From: Catajapyx aquilonaris
Taxonomy: Eukaryota
Reading direction: 5' to 3'
NCBI GenBank assembly: GCA_000934665.2
Contig: KZ538081.1
Span: forward strand, 62,001 to 126,000
Length of the DNA stretch: 64,000 bases
Every line of letters begins with the position of its first letter. The first letter of the stretch is position 1. Under the pieces are notes generated by a model that searched no databases, was not told the DNA's origin, and saw only the letters and a program-made list of their open reading frames with translations. This document shows, piece by piece, positions 52,061 through 64,000 of the stretch. A program made the translations under genes and the position numbers.

Positions 52061-55000
52061 GATTACCGCTGCACGTGCCAGCCGAATACCAGGAATCATC
52101 AACTCCAAGCAGGCCACGTGTCGTGGGCCTCAGCTCCACCGAAAGACATTGGCATATGATTCCAGATCTCCCGCTATCATCCACTTGTCAAAGGTCAATC
52201 CATATTGGTCGCGGGTTCAAGACGATCTAGAAAAGCGCCGTCCTTGATTTGCTACGGATAAAAATCCTGAAAGGTTCGTGACCTGTGCCCTTGAAAACGC
52301 CTCCCAAGGTGCTGCTGGTGCTGACAACCGATATTGCTACCGTATACCTCTCTCGTGTACATATCAAACGATAAGCAACGAAAACCCCTCTCATGTGACG
52401 CTGCCAAACTTGGAACCCACAAGTCTCAGGTTTATAAAGGCGAGCCGTGACCTTCGCAAAAACGACTCAATCAGCGTTCTAATTACAACTCGCACCTCAT
52501 GCTGTCATTTAATTAAGCGGCTTGAGAATCGTGCATTAAAAATACTGGGTGTGTGCAGAGGCCAGTACTATTTTTGGCCAGTACAAAGAGAGGCATACCG
52601 AAGGGTAAATCACTGGACAACATGTACTGACGTCAAAGCTGATTCCCTATAGATATATACCTGATGGGTCTATATCGTTTGTCCCGACATTTATGGCGTA
52701 CTTGCATGGCACTGTCGAAGCCAACATATTTCCCTGTCACGCCAACACACCTTTCCCCACCTGCCTGCAGAGAAGGCATCGAAAACACGCCCCCCCTTAT
52801 TCCAATGACTAATCTAGTCCAATTCGGGTTCAACAACAGCATAAACACCGACAGGCTGCGCAAACACTGCCGAGATAGGCTTGAAAGCTGCTGGTGATAA
52901 GCACTTTTGACGTGGGATATAAAAACCAGGTCATCGCTTTCTGCTCTCATCACCAGTGCAAATTCCCAGCCTTATCGTCACAGTGCCCCCAAAAAATTAA
53001 TCACATTTAAAACAAAGTTAAGGCCGACATATTATCCGTATTCGTCAGAATTTACTCGGGATTCGCGGCATTATTACAAGCAAATTAATTGTTCATCCTG
53101 CCATCCACCAGAGGCGCTGGCTCCTCCCATTGCGCACGCGCAGAATGGGGCCAATGGGAAGACTCACACAAACACCACGACTAGGATTTTAATATCATTG
53201 TAAACTAGAAAAATCCGCTTCCCTCGCGTTTTTCTAGGCTTGCGGTCTGCGGTGGGCTGTTGTTGCATTGGCTAATGTTGTTGTTTAGAGGCTTCCCACG
53301 CGCAAACTTGGCCCTATGCACTGCCAACACGAGGTTAGTTAAAAAGACAAAAAGAGTGTCGGACGTCACACAAAGTCGGGGCCAATAGCCGCACACCTGT
53401 TCCTGATTCTAGCTCCGGGGGGGTCTACGGCGGCGATAGTATTTCCGCCCAACCCCAATTCTGGGGATAGCCTGATGTGGGGCCACTCACCCCCAGCACA
53501 CGCAACACCTGCACCCTCAGATTAAGCCCTTATGCAACATGTGCGGGGGGTACACGCCCATTTGGATCCCAGTATATACTCTCGCGATGCCTCACCCTGT
53601 ACTACAGTGCACCCCAAAATATTGTCGCAGTGAGTGGCAGGGGGGTTGCTTCACGGTCTGTCGATCTGTAATCAGCCGGAAGCTGAGATATGTGGGTCAC
53701 ACAATAATTCCATCCCGGATCCCTTTCTCCTCCGGCTTCATCCTTATGGGGGGTGCCAGTCTCATTAAGTGTTATCGGCTCCACTGTTTTGTCAGCCGGG
53801 CCACTGTCAAGTTTACCACGGTTTACTCGCTCATCCTGAAAGTCACGCCTCCATCACGACAGGACAGCATCGCATGTGGATCACAACATCCAGGATAAAC
53901 CTTGTACAGCGATCGTCAATCAGTAAATTTTTCAAGACAATTTGAGCAAGAATTGCGTTTTATAAAAGCACAAAATAATCAATTTGGTGATTAATAAAAT
54001 AATCAATTTGGTGATCAATAAAATAAACAATTTGATGATTAATGAAATTAACAATTTGATTGTTAATAAAACTTAAAACTTTGATTGTTAGTAAAATAAA
54101 AACTGTGATAATTAAGAAAATTGGCAATTTGATAACTAATAAAAAATTAGCAATTTGATAGTTAATAAATTAACTAATTTAACATGACGATTCAACCAAA
54201 CTTCTCCATATATTCACAGACAATATTTTTATAGGCCAAACAAAAGTGTAAACATACATTGGAATCTCCATTCCGCATATGCTCATCTCATTCACCACAA
54301 GCCACAACAAAGGAGACCGTGACCTGCTCCAGTGTGGACTAAACAATGCAGATTAACAACAAGGAGAGAGAAAAAAAAATTCGGGTTCAAGAAGTTGTGT
54401 CTATGCCTGGAGCTATATAAGCAATCTTTGGAGAGTGCAGGTCATGGCTTCCAATTTGAAACAATGTGTTATCGACTCTTGAATGAATGGAGAGACACAC
54501 GAGTGCTCGAGAGAAGTAGGTCGGACCTATACACGTGTGCAATGTCTGACGAAACTCTTCAGCAACTTAGCCAGACTGAAAGCGGACTACAAATAGTCCG
54601 TAATTTTAATTGCCAGACATTTTAATGCGTTTCATTCAAAAAATGGCCCTCACCAGTGAATTCCAGCTGAGTGGATGCAAGGCCTTTTAAAAACTCAGAA
54701 ACCCGACTTTAATTAAATCCGCCTTACAATTCGCTCATTACACCTTAATTCCGCTGATCTACCTCGTTGAAAGGGTTCAAATTATTTCGCTCTTACATCA
54801 CTTGAAATGGCACTCATCTCTTTTGGCCAATCAACTTCCAATTCACTCAATAATTCTAAGCACTTGTTACAACATATGGGAGGATAAATGATCCATATAT
54901 GGATCAGGATGTAGATAAAAATATCTTGCTCAATTTATCCTTATCCACCTCACATTGTGACAACGCAGCATAGTTTCCTCGCAATTTAACCCATATATAT

Positions 55001-55478
55001 TCTTCAACAATTACAAAGTAGGCTATAAGTTCAGAAATTGGGATTTAGTATTTAGAAATACATACAGAAGTTAGATTTTTAGTTATTGTTACTTTTCCAT
55101 TTTATTATAAAAAGACAAAAATTAGCAATTAGCCATATATAATTGAGAAATAAATCTAAAAAATAATAATTCGCGCCTATTTTGACCATCCATCAGGAAC
55201 AGTTGCAATATTTGTGTCACGCGCGTTCACAAGTTCAATCCCAAAATCTGAAATGACATTTGCAATTTCATCATACACAGTAGAAGTCATAAGGTCACCC
55301 TAACCTGGAGCGGAAAATGCGCGTTACTCCTCCATATGATTTATAAGCGTTCCTTGAAGGTAAAGGTCGAGCGTGAGAAAACTTAATCAACTTATTATGG
55401 CACGAAGCATGACACCCATTTTTTTCTGCAAAATTTTGCACACACAAAATTTGGCAACTCCCCCCCCCCTCCAAAAAA

Positions 55479-55721
55479 NNNNNNNNNNNNNNNNNNNNNN
55501 NNNNNNNNNNNNNNNNNNNNNNNNNNNNNNNNNNNNNNNNNNNNNNNNNNNNNNNNNNNNNNNNNNNNNNNNNNNNNNNNNNNNNNNNNNNNNNNNNNNN
55601 NNNNNNNNNNNNNNNNNNNNNNNNNNNNNNNNNNNNNNNNNNNNNNNNNNNNNNNNNNNNNNNNNNNNNNNNNNNNNNNNNNNNNNNNNNNNNNNNNNNN
55701 NNNNNNNNNNNNNNNNNNNNN
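55479..55721. other. Assembly gap (N run) flanked by C-homopolymers
   Basis: Run of n characters; poly-C tracts on both sides. Confidence 0.99.
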
Positions 55722-56090
55722 NCCCCCCCCCCCTCCCACATCACCTCCATCTCACCCTATAGAGCTCTACACCACCAACCACCACCACCACCCCCAGCTT
55801 TGCAGAAGAAACTTTCGCCATATGCCACTCCCATATACACTGAGAGGGAGGCCATATTGCATGATTAACCAGGCTCCTCATTTTTTTCTCCCTAGAAACA
55901 ATTTTGTTTCAAGCTTATGTCACGAGATTCGAGAGATGGGACGCCCACACACGCTGCCATGAAAATGACATTGATAACAACAACAACAATAACAAAAATA
56001 ATAGTAACACATACATACATATCTACATGGCATTGTCCTAAAGATGAAGATGATGATGATGATGATAATAAATTATTTCATACTAGCAGT

Positions 56091-56185
56091 GGAGCCCGTT
56101 CTTCGCACGGCCTGTTTCCATGGCAAGATGTTGCCATGATAACCCTGTTGGCATGGGCAAACAAACTTTCCCTTATATACTAGTA
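56091..56185 (+). mobile_element. Short Helitron-like element of the same family
   Basis: tactagcagtggagcccgttcttcgcacgg...acaaactttcccttatatactagta resembles the CTAG plus GC hairpin and acaaactttc ends of invertebrate non-autonomous Helitrons. Confidence 0.5.
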
Positions 56186-56294
56186 TTCTAATGTAAGAAG
56201 ATTATTATATTATTAAACATTATTGCTCTAATATTAGTGTACATTACGAAATATTATTAAATTACATTACGAAATATTATTATTATTGCATTGC

Positions 56295-56360
<66 letters not shown>

Positions 56361-59083
56361 TACGAAATATTTATTGCCATTGTTGCATTACTAAATATTA
56401 ATGCCGTATGATCCTACTAATATTATTAAATACCGTATGATCCTACTAATATTAAATACCGTATTATCTGACTAATATTAAATACCGTATTATCTGACTA
56501 ATAATATTATTGGATATTATCTGACTAATATTATTATTGTTGATATAATCTGACTAATATTATTATTGATATTATCTGACTAATATTATTATTATTGACA
56601 TTAGCTGACTAATAATATTATTATTAAATATTTACTAATACAGTAGCATTATTAAATATTATTTTACTAAACAGTTGAATCCGGATAAAACAGACTTCAA
56701 GGGATCCAGAATATCAGTATGTTATAACCGAGGTCTGTTATAGCGGAGGTGAGGTGAAAATGAGTCTGTTATATCAGGAGTAAAAAATACACATGGCTTA
56801 AATGGAAGTTTGCCGGGGCCAACCTTCAAGTCTGTTATAACCGAATGTCTGTTACAGCCGAGGATTCAAATGTATATTATTATTGTATTATGATCACCAT
56901 CATCTCCAGGGATTCATCCTTTATTAAATCCCAATTTAATTCAATGTTCAATGATGGTGGCACGTGTTTGGTTGAAGAGAGAGTGACAGCTCTTCACTTG
57001 GCGGGGTGGAGCAACCGTGCCTGCGCACATATCGTCGGTTTCATTATCAGTCTTTCACATTTGAGTTAAAAATATCTACCATGTTCTAGCATCTGTGAAG
57101 GAAAAAAAATATATATCAATTTTTCGCACCTGGATTTGCATAAGTCGGACAACACGACGAGCAGCGTAAATCAATCTCGAAAGGATCTATTTTCGATTGC
57201 ACAGCTGCAATATTTAGTGGAAGTTGTTTCTTATCATGTCATTTGATTTAAAATGGTCAGTATTCGCAATTTTGCACACACAAAAAAAATCATGAAGTTT
57301 CCTGCGGCGATTTTAATCGGAAAAATGTGCAAAAATGCTCTCAATAGCTGCTGAACAGACATGGACAAAACTGAGTTTCATTTGTCGATCTCACATCATT
57401 GAGCATTTTCAAAAGTGCTCATGTACTGGTCATAAAAATAACACCTGCAAAAATAATAAGCAAGGCCCAGACGCACAAAGGGCCAGCCTGACACGGTGTG
57501 GGGGCATCCCGAATTCCAATAATTATACGACCATTGACGCGCCCCATAATTCCTGGTCCCAAGGCCTCATTAAACGGCTAGAACCTGTTGCACGGAAAAC
57601 AGGTTGCATTTCCGTCCTTCAAGCCAACCATTTCCCAGCGGATGCAGGGTGACATGTGAAGCTGTCTCCTCTGCACGCACGCACAATGCAACCCCCCCAC
57701 ATGTGGAATCAGAAATTGCTTTCAAGCAATACTGGTGTAATACTTTCTCACAAAGTCCAACTGGCAAAATTTGGCAACACTGCCAGACCCCTCTTGGACT
57801 TGAACGTAGTACGATAGGCCACTACCAGATGGTGCACATTTCCCTATCTGCACAGTACTGCCATGGTGGTATCTACAGCAACTACATGCACGTTGGTGAT
57901 GAGTCAACGCTTGTAGGGACAGATGGCGCGCATCCTCACTCTCTGCACACTATTGCCACCAAGTGGTAACTACATGCACGTTGGTGATGAGTCAACGAGT
58001 AGGGACAAAGTCACGCCTAGCCATTTCTACATATGATCGTTAAGTCCGATCGCATCAAATCTCAATTTCAGTTATTTTTAATCGGGTTTGCCGCAGTTAT
58101 TCAAGTAACAGACCTAACTATACATCCGCTCCAAAGCTGCAGCGCGTCAACACAACAATAACAATGTGTTATTACGCAGTCCTTGCGAAAACCACTTTGT
58201 ACATCAGTCGTGAGTAACTGGTTGCGATGTTCCGCGAATGGGATATGAGCTGCCTCCAATTACAGCCAATTAAACTGCCTCGCTCGGTGTATGATGTTGA
58301 TAAACAGCGCGCCATTATCTTCGTACGCTGTCCTGTCTCTATGATGACTTTCCGGTCAACAATATATGTCGCAACATGGAGGGGGGTTGTTGCCCAACAA
58401 CTTAGACAGAAGGTGTATCCAATTAATGAATAACTCATCAGAAATGTTAAGCGGTCTCTGCGTAAATGATGTCAATATGTGACACTAACTCTCTGAAATT
58501 AATTGAAGGAAATTCCCATTGAGCCTAGCATCAGAAGATAAAATTTTGATGATAAAAAAATTCAGTTTTTTTGTACCAGACTGTACGACTTTTCCAGTAG
58601 GTGACTAAACTATCGAGTGAGAGGCACATTCCCAAAATATGCCTGAGGAGACACTTCCCTCACCCCCTCGTGGCTCTCAATCTGACCCGACACCGCTGAT
58701 GACACCGTAATATTACACCTCGGAAGTGACGTCATACTCCATGACTCTCCAAACGCTGACAACCTCACATTTCGCTAAGGGGTCATACCGACAGGAAATT
58801 GCGACAAAATTGCTTCAAAACATAACATCGCGGCAGCAGTGCCACATCCGAACCGAAATGGGAACAAAATGGGTACGAATTTATTTATTTACCAGATGTG
58901 AACTCATTGGGAAAAAATTTGGCAACACTGCCCGGCCCCCACTTGGCCGTAGTACGATATTCAACAACCAGATGGCACGCATCCTCCCTCTCTGCACACT
59001 ACTGCCACTACACGTGGTAACTGTAACTACAAGAACGTATGGAATGAGTCACCCCTAGACATTTCTATATACCGGTATCACTA

Positions 59084-59390
59084 GACCAGATGCACGTTGG
59101 TGATGAGTCAACGCCTGTAGGGACAAAGTCACGCCTAGTCGTTTCTACACATCACTAGATGCACGTTGGTGAGGAGTCAACGCGCATAAGGACAAAGTCA
59201 GGCCTAGTCGATTCTATGTATCACTAGATGCACGTTGGTGATGAGTCAACGCCTGTAGGGACAAAGTCACGCCTAGTCGTTTCTACATATCACTAGATGC
59301 ACGTTGGTGATGAGTCAACGCGTGTAAGGACAAAGTCACGCCTAGTCGATTCTATGTATCCACTAGATGCACGTTGGTGATGAGTCCACA
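59084..59390. repeat. ~69-bp tandem array belonging to a dispersed family (also ~42240-42650, 57765-58030, 58915-59590)
   Basis: Unit cactagatgcacgttggtgatgagtcaacg..ggacaaagtcacgcctagtcg.ttcta at ~59084, 59153, 59222, 59291, 59361. Confidence 0.85.
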
Positions 59391-60065
59391 TGTAAAGGGT
59401 CATGCCAAATTTTGGCAACACTGCCTGCCCCCCTCCCCCACTTGGACGTAGTACAGTATGCCACTTGCCACCACCACTTGGCGCATAGGCTGTCCCTCTG
59501 TACACTACTGCCCCTCTCAGAGAGCAAGTATACTACATGCACATTGGTGACGAGTCACTGCGCGGACAAAGCCCACCAGGGTGCTCTAACCAGCACGTCT
59601 AGCCTCCATTGAAGTGGGTCCCACCCTGTCTAACCGCCATGTCCTCTAAATGGTTGAACAGGGAAAGTGAAAAACTATGGAAACTACTTCCTATGCGATG
59701 AGTCAACACGGATAAACTTGTGGACGGAGAGAATAAGGGGATTAGTAGTATGATCGGTTTGTTTGTTGTTAACTGGCATGTTTTGTGGTCGTTAGAGTGT
59801 CTCTGGTCCTCGACATTTTCGACGTGTCGTTTGGAGCTGGAACCAGGTGTTGCTAGCACCACCGACAAACAACCCAGGCATTATTAGCATCAACATCAGG
59901 ATTTATTATTGCCGGTGACGCCCGCCACTATTCCTCGAAGCAGACTTAATAAGGTCCGTCGCAGAATAACACGACAGAGGTCGCCAACGTGAAGGACAAC
60001 CAAATCCGTCGTTTGTCCCAACCATTGCATCAGGTCACCCTTATTCTCGTAGGGGTGACTTTGAG

Positions 60066-60122
<57 letters not shown>

Positions 60123-63100
60123 TGCCAAAGAATCCTGATCTCTGTTGCAGCTTTGACATGACGCGCGCATAGCCAAGGAGCGTCCGTGTCCTCGCCTAAT
60201 GAAGCTGGGACCATCCTCTCTCTCTCCTCATTTGCCTATCTCCTTGTCTACATCACATGCGGCGGATGCTGCTTCAATCATGAGAATCGGGTCATCGCCA
60301 TGTACAGGGTGGTCCAACTTCTATATAGCATAAGGCCTTAGGGGCAAAGAATATGCACTTCCATATTATATAGCCACGGACGTGACATTATGAAACACCC
60401 TGTACATCACCGGCGACAGACAAAAGCTTAGAGAATCAGCAGCAGCCTACATTTGAGGCTGATCGACGTCAATGCATTCCACCTTGAGAAGCTATCGAGG
60501 AGACTCTTGCGACACCCAAATGCTAATAACTGGGGCAAACGCGACTATCGCTCACTATCACGTACACACTATCGCAAATGAAATAAATAGTACAGACACA
60601 GCATCGAAAAAAAACCCACCTTGTCATAGGCACCAAACTAATTCGAAAATTGATTATTAAGGACCGGTTGCACCAACTCCAGGAAACATTTTTCTTGCTC
60701 TTTTCCAGCCGGAAAAAAAAAGTTTTCTTGATGGCCACAACCTGCCTTTATGTCCACGAGTGTGCCAGTGCCCTCATTAGGACCGAGGTACAAGAAAGCT
60801 TGTAAACCTCTCAAACAAATCGTTTCAAAATTGTTAAGCTGACCAGCTCACCAATTTCTATAGTATATAAGTAACGTTTGTTTGTTTGTTCTGGCTGATG
60901 GTGTTATGCTTGTGGCTAGTCCTAGACATTTCTGACCCTTCATTATTATCAGGCATTTGCTGTACTTTGCAAAAATAATAAAAGAAAAAAAAGGCATGTA
61001 TAGCCCTCCTTCCTTCCTTCCTTCTCTTCCCCCACCCCACTCCCCTCCTCCAGAAGTCCCAGTAACCTTCTTTATGGGAAGTGAACAAAGTCAAGGTGGA
61101 AGTAGTGCTCGACTTTCTCATAACATCCACTTTCTGCTAGTAGGAGGAACAACAGGATGGAAAGTGATCCGACTCTTTTGCACGCAAAAGGGAACTTCAC
61201 TCGACTCCACTTGATGAAGATAATAATAATTGGCTAGCTTGGCACTTCGGTTTCAATTTTTGAAACAGGGGCACTGAAAGTGAACTTTGAAGTGACTTTT
61301 TTTTTAAGGAGAAAAGGAACTTGAGGAGGATCCCACCAAGGGCACACTGCATACATACTCATACAAAGAAAGGAAGAAAGAAAGGGAAAGAAGTCGGTCA
61401 ACGAGTCGAATCAGCAAGGTAGAATTTCGCCATTTGCATATTCTGATGGTGGCCTATTGCTATTTTTAAATTCATAAATGCACGGACCATGCAACTGAAA
61501 ACTTTCCAGAGTTTTAAATTCACTGATACAAAATTACTGATGGTGAATCAACAAATCTTAAGAGGCACGGTAAGAAAATCACTTAATTAATTCATGCATT
61601 TGGAAATCTTATCTGCCTGAAATATACAAAATCAGGTAATTAATTAAATGGTATTATTAAACACAATGAAATGTATGTTATTAAATCATAAAATGCATGA
61701 TTATATAATTAAATGTAGGATTAAATAGTATAAATATGTAACCCACACTTTGCAAAATCAGCCCATCCCTTCTTCTAAAACGTCTCAATTTAGCGAATTT
61801 AAATTTTCATATAATCCAATTAGCAAGACTGGTAATTGCAATCTGCACTGTGCTGGAATTACACTTTTTAAATTTATGATTCACTTATGTCTCAAGGTGA
61901 ATTAAAAGCCAAGTTATAAGCTGTCCAAATCTGTCTCTTGTCAGCTTCATTTAAATCCCCCTTTAAATACACCTCATGCCAGTCAAGGTCATTGAAAGAT
62001 TTTTAAACGTATCAGTACCACTTGCGAATTAACATACTCAACCTGACTCAACTATTAAATAGAAATTTGATTCATACAAAAATTAAATTACCATAATAAG
62101 AGTGCATCTTAAAAGTACATCCTTACTGACCTACATGTAGCACAATTATTTACAATGAATTAAATAACTGAAAATATAGTACAGTTTAATGAAAAAAATA
62201 ATTCAATCAACGGCGTTCACTCAGTAAATGTTAGATTATCACTATGTAAATATACGTCTGTAAAGTCTTCAAGAAAATAACTGTCCCCTTAGGATCACGG
62301 CCAATGCAACTAGTGTGTCGCTATAGGTCACACAAAAAATTACATAAGCGTTTTACGTCAAAAGGCACCTAGCAAAAAAAACCGGCTTGCACGTCAATTT
62401 CTCTGAGACCGTTGACATTCATGGTTTACACCTGTTTAAATGCAGAATTAATGGCAACAACTTCCCCCCCTTATATCCACCACAAATGTCAGCAGCCTAT
62501 CCACATTAATTAGGCTTAGGACATATTCCCCGACCCCCCCAAGCATAAAATATTAACCCACACGTGCAGAAAACACATTCGGTTTTCATATGTGCAACAA
62601 AGACAGGCTCATGTAGGGTAATTAATGCTCCAGGCATGTAAATAGCCAGCTGCATAAAAATGCAAGTACAAAAAAAAAGGGGGAACGGATCAAAAAAAAC
62701 TTGACCTGTTCGCACCTTGCCTGGATGTGGCAACTCCGGATGATTGAGTCTAGTCTGGCAATAAGGGCGCCTCGGGCCTTTGTCTCAGCATACCGTGGGA
62801 ATTCCATTGAAAGACTATGTCGATTCCACGAATAACTAGGCAGTTCACTCGTACGCTGCCTTCCTGATGTCTGAAGGAACGATGAGATGAAAGCAGGTCG
62901 TTCAAGCCAAAGAACTGGTTCTTTATCAATTTTTATAAACGACGCGTTTCCTACCTTTTTCATAAAATCAGCCTGGCTGAACAGTGCATATCAAGGAAGC
63001 GCAGCAGTTTGGATAGAAAAATGTCAGCATAAAAACCAGTCAGCAACGCACCCTGCAGTAAAAGGTCCAGCTTGACGTCAGTTACGTCATTAAGATGTGT

Positions 63101-64000
63101 CTTTTATACATGAGCAGTGAACAAAATTGCTGACATGAACTCAAAACGTTGGGACACCGCAATGTTGCAACATGAACATGATAACCCTCATTATTACTCG
63201 GAGTGCCAATACGTTACAAAATTTTAGCATAACATAATAAAACTGTTACTCATTTCAGCCAGATCCACCCTGGATACATCCCATCAAGGTAGTGCCACTA
63301 ATTTTGGAAATGCATACTTCACCAGTAATCAATCAATTTCAATGAGCTTCCTTTTAGAGCAATCTTGTTAAAAAAAAAAGAAAAAAAGAGGTAATTAGCT
63401 GCACAAACTTTTCTCATCAGCAGGTCCTCATTTTAATCAAGCATAACAAGTCGACTGCAGGACAAGGTGACCTTAAATCCCGCATGTTCATTTTCCGTGT
63501 GATTGACAGATCCATCGACCTAAATATGCCGTACTCTATGCTTCATAGGAGTAAAAATGTAACTGCCACTCTACCTTCACAAGGCCAAAAGGGATCTGTA
63601 ACCGGAATGGCAGCCACTCTGATGCCAGTTGCGGAAGATCACTCGGGTAGACACTCAGGTCACTAAGTTCACTCCGATCGTCATGTCAAACACAATCCGG
63701 CTGGCACAAATGCGGAAACTCCTGCCAATTTCAATTGCACAACGCTCAGCGTGGCAGGCAATCACCTGGTCCTTCTCCAGCACTTCATTTTAGGGAGGAA
63801 AACAGAGTCCCACGTTGATAGCCAACTAGGCATGTGCCACCAAAAATCCTTCGGGCACTAAAATAACTCGGGGCAAGTTCCTGAACATCATCTTCGGCAA
63901 CACCAGCCACGTGGTCCATCTGGCAGCTAACTGCTCCGGTTTCGCTGCAATGGCTGCAGTCTCAGGAGCAGCTTCCAATGAGACCTGCCCGCAAAGAAGA

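Noticed and set aside
55295..55762. ORFs spanning the N run
   Set aside because: Artefacts of the assembly gap.

Overview
Eukaryotic (arthropod-type) genomic DNA with short GT-AG introns. Six protein-coding genes could be spliced by hand into intact frames: two tandem takeout/JHBP-family paralogues (-), a Serinc/TMS1 gene (+), an Aurora kinase (-), SF3B6/p14 (-) and an OATP closely resembling Oatp74D, the ecdysone importer (-). There is also an intron-containing tRNA-Leu(CAA). Intergenic and intronic DNA is dense in non-autonomous elements (Harbinger, hAT, mariner, pogo-like and Helitron-like MITEs, a tRNA-derived SINE, a solo LTR, foldbacks) and motif-bearing tandem repeats. The most notable structures are a ~122-bp tandem array loaded with CCAAT and NRF1-like motifs directly upstream of Aurora, an X-box-like repeat in a Serinc intron, a candidate 39-nt Serinc cassette exon with downstream TGCATG sites, and candidate alternative upstream exons of the OATP. 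No further gene was recognisable from ~40 kb to 64 kb. All family assignments are from recalled motifs; no searches were run.
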